DNA of 56,003 nt from Candidatus Nanoanaerosalina halalkaliphila (GCA_022729335.1 JALDAE010000001.1:1-56003), one strand, 5' to 3'. Positions 25,546 through 35,081 are shown, counted from the first letter of the stretch. Numbers and translations: made by a program. Notes: a model not told the origin generated them from the letters alone.

Positions 25546-25802
25546 AATAAAACCTCACCATAGGATATATTACAAAATATGATATAAAAAAATTAGCATT
25601 TATCTGGTTCGAAAATACTTGTATACCCCAACAAGAAAAAATTACAGTACGATCCTCCCATCATAACCCGTAAAAGGAACAAAACCAGATTTGACAAGAT
25701 ACTTCAAGATATCTATATTTGGCCTGTATCCAAATTCGTTTTTTTGTTTAATAAGTCATTCTAAGAAATTTTAATAGAGGAAAAAATGGGAGAAATGTGG
25801 AT

Positions 25803-26363
25803 TTATAATCCAAGTCTATCAGCGTCCTCTTTCATGGCCTCAAGACCTGTTGAAACAAATTCCTCAAGCTCCATCCCGAATTCCTCACACATTTTGATTC
25901 TGTCCCTGTCTATTGATTTTGCAAAGGAGCTGTCATCCACTTTTTTCATGACGGATTCTACCTTTACTTCCTCCAGGGTGCTGTTCGGCATTACAAGGGC
26001 CGTTGCAACAACAAGACCTGAAAGAGCGTCGGCAGCTATAAGTCCGTAGTCAATATCTCTAGAAGGTTCGGAACCTGTATGTTCATGGTTGTGAGACCTG
26101 ATGGCTTTGACAACGTCTTCGCTTACCTTTCCCTCCACTTTTTTTGCGGATATCTCGCCGTGTTTCTCGTGGTTGTCCTGAGTTTCCTCATAATCAATAT
26201 CGTGCAAAAGACCGGCTTTAATCCATTTTTCAGGGTCTTTGTCAAGTTCTTCAGCGATTCCTTCCATTATATCAGAAACAGCGTACATATGTTTCCTTAA
26301 TTTGTCATCCGAAACGTTTTCGCGGACTTTTTCAACTGCTTCCTCCCTTGTTAGACCTTCCAT
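25803..26363 (-). CDS. HD-superfamily metal-dependent phosphohydrolase
   Basis: H...HD pattern (KHMYAV...AGLLHDIDYE, HEKHGE, RSHNHEH). ATG at 26363 is preceded by AGGTG at a 6-nt spacing. The ORF-track GTG start lies inside that SD. Confidence 0.75.
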   Translation of the reverse strand: MEGLTREEAVEKVRENVSDDKLRKHMYAVSDIMEGIAEELDKDPEKWIKAGLLHDIDYEETQDNHEKHGEISAKKVEGKVSEDVVKAIRSHNHEHTGSEPSRDIDYGLIAADALSGLVVATALVMPNSTLEEVKVESVMKKVDDSSFAKSIDRDRIKMCEEFGMELEEFVSTGLEAMKEDADRLGL

Positions 26364-26450
26364 AAAAAACACCTAACTACTACATGAAAAGAAATGGTTT
26401 TTAAAGTTTTGAACTTCACAAAAAACACCGGGATTCCGGAGGTAATAACA

Positions 26451-28445
26451 ATGGCAAAGAATTACAAGGAGTACAGAAACAAGATGAAAGAACTTGTAGA
26501 GCTAGAAAGAGAAGAAGAAATGGAGAGACACCGAAAAGAGATAAAAAAACTTTCAGGGCAAGAAAGACAAAATCGTGGAAGGGCTATACTTGATTTAAAA
26601 GGTAGATACGAGGGTAAGGGTATTGCAAACGACCACATAATAAAGTTTGTTTCAAAAAAAGGTTTGCCGGACTCTGAAATTTCGGTGGGCGACCTCGTGA
26701 GGGTTTCTAAAAGGCAGCCAGAGAACCCTGATAACCCAACAGGTACTGTCGTGGAAATGACGGGTCATTCAGTTACGGTAGGTTTTTCTGAAAGACCTCC
26801 AAAATTTATACAGTCCAGAGGTGTTCGCCTGGATCTCTATGTTAATGACATAACATTTCAGAGAATGCTCGATGCTATAGAAAATCTTGAGAAAAGCGAA
26901 GAGTTGATCGATGTCTTGATGGGTGAAAGAAAACCTTTTTTTGGAGAAATAGGGGATTTAGAGCTTTTGGAAGATGAACTGAATGATTCGCAAAAAGATG
27001 CGGTCGAAAGTAGTCTGAAAGCTGAGGATATATTTCTGATCCATGGGCCTCCAGGAACGGGAAAGACCACTACGCTTGCCGAGGTCGTGGATCAACACAT
27101 AGAAAAAGGAGACAGAGTCCTTGTAACTGCAGACTCCAACACGGCAACGGACAACATGGTAGAGTTTCTGTCTAAAAGAGGTAGGAACGTTCTAAGGATA
27201 GGTCATCCAGCAAGAGTCAATAAAAACCTGAGGAGTTACAGTCTGGACGAGAAGATCAAGGAAAAAACCAAGTACAGGGACTCGGAAAAGCTTCGAGGAA
27301 AGGCTTTTGAACTAGATGAAGAACAGGATAAACATACTTTTCCATCAGGAAGAAACCGCAGAGGACTTGGGAACAAGGCCATAAAGGATCTGGCAGAGAA
27401 AGGAAAAGGAAGTCGTGGAATACATCCCAAAAAAATAGAGTCCATGGCCAAGTGGATAAAGCTTCAGGATAAAAAAGACAGACTTTTTGAAAAAGCAGAG
27501 AGGCTTGAGGAAGAAGCTGTTCAGGAGCTTATAGAAGAAGCTGACGTGATTTGTACAACTAACTCCACAGCCGGAAGCGAAGTTATAGAAGGAGTTGATT
27601 TCGATGTGGTATGTATCGACGAGGCCACACAGTCAACCGAGCCATCTTGTCTAATACCCATAACCAAAGCTGAAAAAGTGGTGATGGCAGGAGACCACAA
27701 GCAGCTGCCTCCAACAATCCTGAACAGTGAAGCTAAAGACAGAGGACTTGAAAAAACACTCTTCGAAAGAATGATAGAAGTTCATGGTGAAAAGATCAAG
27801 AAAACTCTCAGGGTACAGTACAGGATGAACACGGATATCATGGGTTTTTCGAACAAAGAATTCTACGAGAATGAACTAGAAGCTCATGAAAAAGTTGCAA
27901 ACCATCAGCTGAACTTAAATAAAGACGGAGAAATTGAAAAAGTAATCGATCCGGAGAATCCCTTCACCCTGGTGGACACGAACGGTGAGTTCATGGAAGA
28001 AACAAGAGAAGGCTCCACTTCAAAAAGAAACAGGGGAGAATCAAAACTTGTTGAGTACATACACAAAAAACTTGTTTCAAAAGGTGTGGAACCGGAAAAA
28101 ATAGGTGTGATCAGTCCATACAGTGATCAGATAGATCTTCTAGAAGAAAGATTAGGAAGCACTGAGACAGAGATAAAGACGGTGGACGGTTACCAGGGAA
28201 GGGAAAAAGACGTTATTGTCATCTCCCTCGTGAGGTCAAACACGGACGACAGGATAGGTTTCCTAGGGGATCATAGAAGGTTAAACGTCGCACTCACAAG
28301 AGCCAGGAAAAAAATTATCGTCATAGGTGATTTTGACACGCTGGGGCAGGAAGAAATATATGGCAAGATGGATGAATATGTCAAAAACAAGGGCAGAAAA
28401 GTGGTTTTGAAAAACAATAGCGACCTAAAAATCCAAACTATTTAA
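26451..28445 (+). CDS. Upf1/IGHMBP2/Dna2-like superfamily-1B helicase
   Basis: [53 protein letters not shown] and [12 protein letters not shown] at 26451 is preceded by GGAGGT. Confidence 0.85.
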   Translation: MAKNYKEYRNKMKELVELEREEEMERHRKEIKKLSGQERQNRGRAILDLKGRYEGKGIANDHIIKFVSKKGLPDSEISVGDLVRVSKRQPENPDNPTGTVVEMTGHSVTVGFSERPPKFIQSRGVRLDLYVNDITFQRMLDAIENLEKSEELIDVLMGERKPFFGEIGDLELLEDELNDSQKDAVESSLKAEDIFLIHGPPGTGKTTTLAEVVDQHIEKGDRVLVTADSNTATDNMVEFLSKRGRNVLRIGHPARVNKNLRSYSLDEKIKEKTKYRDSEKLRGKAFELDEEQDKHTFPSGRNRRGLGNKAIKDLAEKGKGSRGIHPKKIESMAKWIKLQDKKDRLFEKAERLEEEAVQELIEEADVICTTNSTAGSEVIEGVDFDVVCIDEATQSTEPSCLIPITKAEKVVMAGDHKQLPPTILNSEAKDRGLEKTLFERMIEVHGEKIKKTLRVQYRMNTDIMGFSNKEFYENELEAHEKVANHQLNLNKDGEIEKVIDPENPFTLVDTNGEFMEETREGSTSKRNRGESKLVEYIHKKLVSKGVEPEKIGVISPYSDQIDLLEERLGSTETEIKTVDGYQGREKDVIVISLVRSNTDDRIGFLGDHRRLNVALTRARKKIIVIGDFDTLGQEEIYGKMDEYVKNKGRKVVLKNNSDLKIQTI

Positions 28446-28483
28446 AAATTCTACAATCCTTTATTAACGGCAAGGTGTGAAAA

Positions 28484-28657
28484 ATGGAATTTACTATAAA
28501 AGGAACAGCAGAGGTAGGGCGAGAGACACTGCCTTTCGAAAAAGAGATAGAAGCAGAAACCGAAAAACATGCAAAAGATGTTCTTTACAGCATGTACGGT
28601 AGCAAGCACGGCGTAAACAGATCAAAAGTAAATATAGAGAAGATTGAGGAGAAATAG
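28484..28657 (+). CDS. rplX: 50S ribosomal protein LX (L18Ae/L20A family)
   Basis: Hand translation gives MEFTIKGTAEVGRETLPFEKEIEAETEKHAKDVLYSMYGSKHGVNRSKVNIEKIEEK (57 aa). The GSKH..R motif is present, and the gene sits upstream of pfdA-ftsY as in other archaea. Confidence 0.72.
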   Translation: MEFTIKGTAEVGRETLPFEKEIEAETEKHAKDVLYSMYGSKHGVNRSKVNIEKIEEK

Positions 28658-28666
28658 GTTAAAACC

Positions 28667-29089
28667 ATGAACCAGCAACAAGAAATGCAGAAAAAAGTTC
28701 AGGAATACCAGCAGATACAGAAAGAGCAGCAGGAACTGCAGGAATACAAACAAGAACTGGAGGATAATCTGGAAGAGCTTGAAACCACGAAGGATGCGAT
28801 AGATGAACTTAAGAAAAAAGAAAAAGGAGAAGAAGTAATGGTTCCTCTAGGTTCTGGAGCTTATATCAAATCAGAGCTTGAGGAAACAGATGAAATAATA
28901 GTTAATATTGGAGCAGAAGCATACTCAACAAAGGAACCTGAGGAGGCCAAGGATCTGCTAAGCAGGAGAAAAGATAAGATTGAAGAGGCAATGGAAGAAG
29001 TGGGAGAAACCATCGAGGAAAATCAGGAACAGATGAAGAAACTCGTACCCGAAATTCAGAAGATGAGACAGGAAGCCCAAGGACAGTAA
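28667..29089 (+). CDS. pfdA: Prefoldin alpha subunit
   Basis: Coiled coil, beta hairpin region (VMVPLGSGAYIKSEL...IIVNIGAEAY), then coiled coil; 140 aa. Confidence 0.82.
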   Translation: MNQQQEMQKKVQEYQQIQKEQQELQEYKQELEDNLEELETTKDAIDELKKKEKGEEVMVPLGSGAYIKSELEETDEIIVNIGAEAYSTKEPEEAKDLLSRRKDKIEEAMEEVGETIEENQEQMKKLVPEIQKMRQEAQGQ

Positions 29090-29090
29090 G

Positions 29091-29981
29091 ATGTTCAAGA
29101 AACTGAAGGATTCTATCCAGGGGTTCTCGGACCAGGTAAAGGAGACCGTAGTAGAAAAAGAGATAGACAGCGATACACTGGATGATGTTCTATGGGATCT
29201 TGAACTTGAGTTAATGCAGAACAACGTGGCCCAGAAAGTTGTGGAAGAGATAAAGGAAGATCTAAAGGAAGAACTTGTCGGCACCAGTGTGAAAAGAACG
29301 CAGGTTGATGAAAAAATAAAGAGTTCTCTCAAGAAAAGCATGAGAAATGTTCTAAAAGCACCTGATTTCAGAATTGAGGATCTAGCAAATGAAAAACCAG
29401 GTCTGGTTCTTTTCATGGGTTTCAACGGTAGCGGTAAAACAACTTCTCTGGCAAAGATCGCTCACAGCTTGAAAGAAGACCACGAGATTTTGCTTGCTGC
29501 GGGAGACACTTACAGGTCTGCAGCTATAGATCAGATCGAGGAACACGGGGAGAACCTTGGTTTAAAAGTTATAAAACACGAATACGGTTCCGATGGAGCT
29601 GCAGTGGTTTACGATGCAAAAGAGCATGCGGAGAAAGAGGGTTACGACCTTGTGCTTGCCGACACGGCCGGAAGAAGTCATTCAGACAAGAACCTGATGG
29701 AAGAACTCGACAAGATGTGTAGGGTTAACGACCCGGATCTCAAACTGCTGGTTGTTGACGCTCTTTCCGGAAACGATGTGGTGGAACAGGCAAAAAAATA
29801 CGAGGAAATAGGTTTTGATGGAATTATCGTGACAAAGGTCGATGTCGACAAAAAAGGCGGCGCGACACTAAGTCTGGGATATCTGACCGGAAAACCCATA
29901 CTGTATCTGGGGACGGGACAGGGATACGAAGACATGGAGGAGTTCGATCCCGACCAGATGGTTGAGAGACTTCTTGAATAG
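29091..29981 (+). CDS. ftsY: Signal recognition particle receptor FtsY
   Basis: NG domain: FMGFNGSGKTTSLAKIA, AAGDTYRSAAIDQ, LADTAGR, VTKVDVDKKGG. Confidence 0.92.
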   Translation: MFKKLKDSIQGFSDQVKETVVEKEIDSDTLDDVLWDLELELMQNNVAQKVVEEIKEDLKEELVGTSVKRTQVDEKIKSSLKKSMRNVLKAPDFRIEDLANEKPGLVLFMGFNGSGKTTSLAKIAHSLKEDHEILLAAGDTYRSAAIDQIEEHGENLGLKVIKHEYGSDGAAVVYDAKEHAEKEGYDLVLADTAGRSHSDKNLMEELDKMCRVNDPDLKLLVVDALSGNDVVEQAKKYEEIGFDGIIVTKVDVDKKGGATLSLGYLTGKPILYLGTGQGYEDMEEFDPDQMVERLLE

Positions 29982-30033
29982 TTGAAAGATTTCTGATAGA
30001 AAGTGTTTCCAACAGCTTCGAACACAAAAATTT

Positions 30034-30807
30034 CTAATTTGTCCTGACCTGGCTTTTCCTGTCCAGAGTTATCTGGGGTGTCCCGTCGTACATCTCGGGA
30101 ACTCCATGTATCTTTGTTTTTTCGTTCTTTAATTCCTTCTCATCTACCAGAAAGCTGTAAAGCTCATCATCCCACAAAACAGCGGTGAAACAGTTTTCCG
30201 GAAACTCTCCTCCAAAATTTAGGAAGTAACCTTCTTCGAATTCATGGGTCTCGTTGACGAATCCCTTGAAAACTCCCCATTCTCCCTCGTATTCTTCCGC
30301 TTCACAAACATCACTAACATTTCTTTCGTTCCATCTACAGCCTTTTTCTTCTTTCCAGGCCTTTTTTTCAGCTTTTATAAGTTCAGAAATAAATTTATCT
30401 CCTTCGTCTCCTCTCACTACTATCCCATGTCCCTCGCGTACCATCTCCCTGTTGATGTTTCTCCCATCTTGAAAGATGTATCTGAGCAGTCTTCCATAGG
30501 TATCTCTGTTTCTCTCTCCGGAATGAACCAGTTTTATTTCGTCTCCATCAATTAGCTCTTTCAGTTTTTCAGTGGAAGGATCGAAACACTCCTCGCCCTT
30601 TTCCTGGCTGTCAAAACCCAGAAGCCTAACTCTTTCATCGTTTTCCAGTACAACTGTATCACCATCAATAACTCGTCTGAGAACAGCTGTCTCGTTTTCT
30701 ATAGTGTCATTAAAGGTTTCTGAATCATCAAATACTGTATTGTATACCAGGGAAAACACGCCAAGCAGGAAAAACAGGGAAAAAATAAAGATATAGATTC
30801 TCTCCAT
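30034..30807 (-). CDS. Secreted or membrane-anchored staphylococcal-type thermonuclease (SNase) with a C-terminal OB-fold-like extension
   Basis: N-terminal hydrophobic helix. SNase motifs VIDGDTVVL...VRLLGFDSQE and DTYGRLLRYIF...NREMVREGHG. The tail runs VFKGFV...GYFLNFGGEF...HGVPEMYDGTPQITL. Confidence 0.82.
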   Translation of the reverse strand: MERIYIFIFSLFFLLGVFSLVYNTVFDDSETFNDTIENETAVLRRVIDGDTVVLENDERVRLLGFDSQEKGEECFDPSTEKLKELIDGDEIKLVHSGERNRDTYGRLLRYIFQDGRNINREMVREGHGIVVRGDEGDKFISELIKAEKKAWKEEKGCRWNERNVSDVCEAEEYEGEWGVFKGFVNETHEFEEGYFLNFGGEFPENCFTAVLWDDELYSFLVDEKELKNEKTKIHGVPEMYDGTPQITLDRKSQVRTN

Positions 30808-30869
30808 GATAAAAACTGAAAAGAACGGAAGGATTTAAACGGTACAAATACTAAGAATTTACTGCAGGG

Positions 30870-31439
30870 ATGGAAATATACATAAAAGGAATACTGATTT
30901 TGGTAGCTACTTTGATGGTTTTTTCCACAGCTGCAGGTCTTGAAGAACAGGTTGACAATGTTACCATCAGGATGGAGTGGGAGACAAATGAATACGAGTT
31001 AGAAACCAGTGAAAACGGTTATTCTTACGTTGTTTTTGAACAAGAACAGTCAGTTGCAGGTATAGTTAATTTCGGCAACTTCTTGGATCTTGATTATATT
31101 TTGGGAGGGAACATAGTCGAAGCCAGTATGACCCAGGAATTAACGCAGGAAACGGATACAGGAGAGTTTTTACTTCCTTTCACATCCGGGGACATTAGCA
31201 ATATTGAGCACAGAGAGGAAAATATAGGTGGAGGTTACCAAGACGACCCCGATCTCTTTGATTACTCCAACCCTGGCTTTTCTGGTGCACTTATTGAAAG
31301 CAAGCTGATAAGAGCAATACTCAGATACGAAGAAGATATAAACCTCCTGGGAGACAGATCCATACAGAGATCAACAAACCTTGATATAGTGAACGTAGGT
31401 AGGGAAGACGGTAAAACCAAGATAGAAATAAGAGACTAG
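30870..31439 (+). CDS. Exported hypothetical protein
   Basis: The N-terminus MEIYIKGILILVATLMVFSTAAG could be a Sec signal or a class III (KG|hydrophobic) signal. The acidic remainder has no family I recognise. Confidence 0.45.
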   Translation: MEIYIKGILILVATLMVFSTAAGLEEQVDNVTIRMEWETNEYELETSENGYSYVVFEQEQSVAGIVNFGNFLDLDYILGGNIVEASMTQELTQETDTGEFLLPFTSGDISNIEHREENIGGGYQDDPDLFDYSNPGFSGALIESKLIRAILRYEEDINLLGDRSIQRSTNLDIVNVGREDGKTKIEIRD

Positions 31440-31440
31440 T

Positions 31441-34080
31441 TCAGCTGTTAATCCTGGACAGGACCTGTTCATGCAACTGTCTAAGCCTTTCTTTTCTATC
31501 TCCCAGTCTTATAACATCCGACTGACTCTGCAAAACAAGCGAATGGGCGAAAGGTGACGGAACATCGTTTTCTCTGACCTCGACCTCTATATCCCCTTCT
31601 TTTATTCCCTCAACAACTTCTTCAGCATGTATAACATCCATTGCATCCTCCATTATCTCCCTGTATGTTTCCTCAATAAGCGGGAACTCATCATCTACTT
31701 TTTCACAAGCGGAAAGCAAGAAATGGGATTTCATCTGTTGCTGGCCAACGGTCTTTGACTTACCCTTATAATTTCTCAAAATCATCAGAGCCCTACCTGC
31801 AACATGTCTAAATCGCCTTTTCATAAGTTCAGTTTTCCTAACTGCTTCTCTAAGTACTTCTCTCAGATTTACCTGGGTGAGTCTTCCCACAAGATTTCGG
31901 AAATCAACGGGTCTGCTTGGACACCTCAAGACAAATCCGTGGTCATCGACAACCATTCCGATGTTCGAACCAACCTCCTTTGACAGAATGTTGGCCATAA
32001 TTCTGCAGAGAGCATCGTTGACCTCTCTACCAAAAATAGTGTGGAAAACCACGTTCAGCTTGTTGTCGTCGTCAACAAATTTTTCTACCAGTATCTTCTT
32101 GTTAGAAGGAACGAATCCCATGTAATCGTGCTGTTCCCTCACGTAGGAGTATATAGCGTGGGCTGTGTTGGAATCAACGTAATAGTTCGAAAATATCCAG
32201 TCAACTATCTCGTTCTCTCCGAACCCCATATCTATCTGATGTCCTATCTTTGCACAGAACTCCCCTATATTCTTTCCAAGGTCATAGGAAAGTGGAAGCA
32301 TCTCCGAGTACCACGAAGGAACCGTCGGACTGCTGTCAGGTGCCGCATCAACGTAGACTTTCATACCACGTGCATAAATAAACCGATAGGTGCTGCCGCC
32401 AAGAACAAAAACATCGCCCTTTGTAAGCCTATCAAGAAATGCCTCGTCCAGAGTACCCACTATCTCATCGTTACCTCTCAGGGCGACCCTGTAGCTTGAC
32501 TCGTCGGGTATGGTACCGATATTTGTCATGTATATGACACGTGTCATCTTTCCTCTTCTGCCAAAAACCTCTCTCCCAGGGTTATCATCGTCTTCACCAA
32601 CCCATATTTTTCCGTAGACATGCTGATCTTCCAGTTCTGCATATTCCCCAGCTACATAATCCAGAACCTTTCTATAGTTCTTTTCCGAAAGATCTGTGTA
32701 GTTATATGACTGTCTTATGACGTCAAATGCTTCTTCAACTCCCCATATCTTGTTGCAGGCCATCCCAACTATATGCTGAGATAAAACATCTAGACAGTTC
32801 TCCGGTATCCTTACACGGTCCATGTTATCTTCTTTGGCATCCTTTAACAGAACCGTACATTCAAGAGCGTCATCCCTGTCCATGACAACCATCCTACCCT
32901 TGGCTGTTTCTTCAAGGTTGTGACCTGATCTTCCAATTCTCTGAACTCCTCTGGCAACTCCCTTGGGCGAACCCATCTGAATAACAAGATCTATATACCC
33001 CACATCTATACCGAGTTCCAGGGAAGTCGAAGTAACGGCTACTTTAAGGTTACCTTCCTTCAGATCCTCCTCAACCTCGAACCTCTTGTTTCTGGACATT
33101 GAAGAGTGGTGCGCACCAATGTTGTCCTCATAAAAATCAGGGTACATGTTTTTCAGAGTATTCACAACTCTTTCGGTGGCCGCACGGGTATTTGTAAATA
33201 TCAGGGTTGACTCGTGATCCTGTATCATCTCGTGCATCTTCCGGTATGCTTCTCCCCTCACCTCATCGGGCTTCGTATATATCAAGTCCTTTACAGGCGA
33301 TACCACATTGAGATCCATTGATTTTGTTGCCGCAACATCCACAATGTTGCATCCTCTAGTAACTAGTTCATCTTCTCTCCATTCAAAACCTACCAGGTAC
33401 TTGGCTATCTCCTTTATAGGTGCCTGCGTGGCCGATAGACCTATTCTAGTAAAGCTTCCATTCACCATGTCTTCTAGCCTTTCAAGGGAAAGAGATAGAT
33501 GCACACCTCTTTTATTATCGCATATTGAGTGTATCTCATCATTAATTACGTATCTAACGTCTCTGAAACTTTCTCTAAATTTTGGAGAATTTATGATTAT
33601 CCCAAGGGATTCTGGTGTCGTTATAAGAATATGAGGTGGTTTTTCCCTCATCTGCCTTCTTTCTTTTTTTGTGGTGTCCCCTGTTCTAACAGCACTCCTA
33701 ACTTCAGGAATATCGTAGCCCATCTCCTCGGCCTTCTTCTTGATACCCTCAAGAGGATCCTTGAGATTTCTCTGGATATCATTGTTGAGAGCTCTAAGGG
33801 GAGAAACATAGACAACATAGACCTTGTCCTCAAGCTCTCCTTTATCACCTTCCCTGAAAAGTTCGTTTAGAGTGGACATGAAGGCTGAAAGAGTCTTTCC
33901 ACTGCCTGTAGGAGCACATATAAGGCTGTTTTCCTCCTCATGAATCAGGTCAAAAGAGTATTTCTGAGGAGGAGTAAGTGAACCAAATTTATCGTTAAAC
34001 CACTCCTTAACATATGGCTCATAGTCCTCTGGAAGACTTTCAGAAGCTTCTTCCTCACCCACAAAAGATATTTTCGACAT
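31441..34080 (-). CDS. lhr: Lhr-type large ATP-dependent helicase (DEAD/DEAH plus DEAD-associated C-terminal domain)
   Basis: APTGSGKTLSAF, NDEIHS, LSATQ, SSLELGIDVG, QRIGRSGH and a long C-terminal Lhr-core region. Confidence 0.87.
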   Translation of the reverse strand: MSKISFVGEEEASESLPEDYEPYVKEWFNDKFGSLTPPQKYSFDLIHEEENSLICAPTGSGKTLSAFMSTLNELFREGDKGELEDKVYVVYVSPLRALNNDIQRNLKDPLEGIKKKAEEMGYDIPEVRSAVRTGDTTKKERRQMREKPPHILITTPESLGIIINSPKFRESFRDVRYVINDEIHSICDNKRGVHLSLSLERLEDMVNGSFTRIGLSATQAPIKEIAKYLVGFEWREDELVTRGCNIVDVAATKSMDLNVVSPVKDLIYTKPDEVRGEAYRKMHEMIQDHESTLIFTNTRAATERVVNTLKNMYPDFYEDNIGAHHSSMSRNKRFEVEEDLKEGNLKVAVTSTSLELGIDVGYIDLVIQMGSPKGVARGVQRIGRSGHNLEETAKGRMVVMDRDDALECTVLLKDAKEDNMDRVRIPENCLDVLSQHIVGMACNKIWGVEEAFDVIRQSYNYTDLSEKNYRKVLDYVAGEYAELEDQHVYGKIWVGEDDDNPGREVFGRRGKMTRVIYMTNIGTIPDESSYRVALRGNDEIVGTLDEAFLDRLTKGDVFVLGGSTYRFIYARGMKVYVDAAPDSSPTVPSWYSEMLPLSYDLGKNIGEFCAKIGHQIDMGFGENEIVDWIFSNYYVDSNTAHAIYSYVREQHDYMGFVPSNKKILVEKFVDDDNKLNVVFHTIFGREVNDALCRIMANILSKEVGSNIGMVVDDHGFVLRCPSRPVDFRNLVGRLTQVNLREVLREAVRKTELMKRRFRHVAGRALMILRNYKGKSKTVGQQQMKSHFLLSACEKVDDEFPLIEETYREIMEDAMDVIHAEEVVEGIKEGDIEVEVRENDVPSPFAHSLVLQSQSDVIRLGDRKERLRQLHEQVLSRINS

Positions 34081-34203
34081 AGAACACCAATTTATTTCAA
34101 AATCTTATAAAAACAACAGAGTATAACAGTGTTATATATTTCTCTAGTAACTCTTTTCGAAACAGTATCAAAAGTTAAAAAAATTCACAGGGAAGATTCT
34201 TGT

Positions 34204-34506
34204 ATGCCAGTAAAAGAACTTACAGAGGAAAATTTCGAGGAAGAGACAAATGAAGGAACTTGGATAGTTGATTTCTGGGCACCGTGGTGCGGTCCCTGTA
34301 AAAAAATGAAACCGATATTCAAAGAAGCATCAGATGAAATTGAAGGCGTTAACTTCGGAATGGTCAACATCGGAGAGGAGCAGAGCCTCACGAATAGCTA
34401 CAGCATCAGAACGGTTCCCACTTTCCTAAAAATAGAAGACGGTGAGGTAAAGGGACAGGAGATGGGAGTTATGAAAAAAGAAAAGATTAAGGAATGGATG
34501 AACTGA
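34204..34506 (+). CDS. trx: Thioredoxin
   Basis: WIVDFWAPWCGPCKKMKP and VPTF are present. I prefer the ATG at 34204 (MPVKELTEENF). Confidence 0.9.
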   Translation: MPVKELTEENFEEETNEGTWIVDFWAPWCGPCKKMKPIFKEASDEIEGVNFGMVNIGEEQSLTNSYSIRTVPTFLKIEDGEVKGQEMGVMKKEKIKEWMN

Positions 34507-34507
34507 T

Positions 34508-34822
34508 TCATCCTCTCCTTTTCAAACCTTCGTTTAGATCCATCTGGATAATGATTATTGCAGCAGGTGCAAATACCAGGTAGAGAATGAATAGCAGAAT
34601 GCCGTCGTGTTCTCCACCCGAATAATCCTCTACTTTTTGGCAAAACTTCCATAGGATTACAAAGTTCAGGATTGGAACAAACATTCCGAGAAGCCAGAGA
34701 ATCGGGCTCTCATCTTGATCAAGTACCTGCTTGAAAACCGAATACATCCAGTAGATTCCATATATTCCAAAGGTTATTAAGGTAAATACTATTACGAGTA
34801 CAGGGTTTCTTTCTTTTGCCAG
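34508..34822 (-). CDS. DUF4234-like small membrane protein; conserved N-terminal helix lies upstream of the first ATG
   Basis: The frame is open from a TAA at 34823-34825. It encodes LAKERNPVLVIVFTLITFGIYGIYW before the ATG at 34747. GIYxxYW is the DUF4234 hallmark. CTG at 34822-34820 follows GGTGA at a 5-nt spacing. Confidence 0.55.
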   Translation of the reverse strand: MAKERNPVLVIVFTLITFGIYGIYWMYSVFKQVLDQDESPILWLLGMFVPILNFVILWKFCQKVEDYSGGEHDGILLFILYLVFAPAAIIIIQMDLNEGLKRRG

Positions 34823-34922
34823 TTATATCACCTTAAATAATATTTAAATAAACTTGTTTATAAAAAAAATCCCATAAATACAATTTACTTAAACGTGAAA
34901 CACGAATTTTTATAGGATAACG

Positions 34923-35081
34923 ATGGCACAAAAAATCGAGATCGAAGTAGATGATGAAGGCAAGATCAACACCAATTCAAACTTTGACCTTGCAACAACA
35001 ATTGTAATCCTTGAAAAAGTAAAGGCACAGCTTGTTGACAGGACGAAAGTATCAAAGAAAGGTCAAGAAAAAGAAGATTAG
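34923..35081 (+). CDS. Possible 52-aa hypothetical protein
   Basis: The ORF encodes MAQKIEIEVDDEGKINTNSNFDLATTIVILEKVKAQLVDRTKVSKKGQEKED and fills an otherwise empty gap. I recognise no homology, and its 3' end overlaps the nucS stop. Confidence 0.2.
   Translation: MAQKIEIEVDDEGKINTNSNFDLATTIVILEKVKAQLVDRTKVSKKGQEKED

Noticed and set aside
25803-26363. Calling the HD protein an HD-GYP c-di-GMP phosphodiesterase.
   Set aside because: The GYP motif and the extended HD-GYP signature are absent. It is kept only as a generic HD hydrolase, with a proximity-based hypothesis.
26394-26450. The longer start for the Upf1-like helicase (MVFKVLNFTKNTGIPEVIT...).
   Set aside because: ATG at 26451 is preceded by GGAGGT at an ideal spacing. 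The extension would begin only 22 nt from the divergent HD-gene ORF and has no homology.
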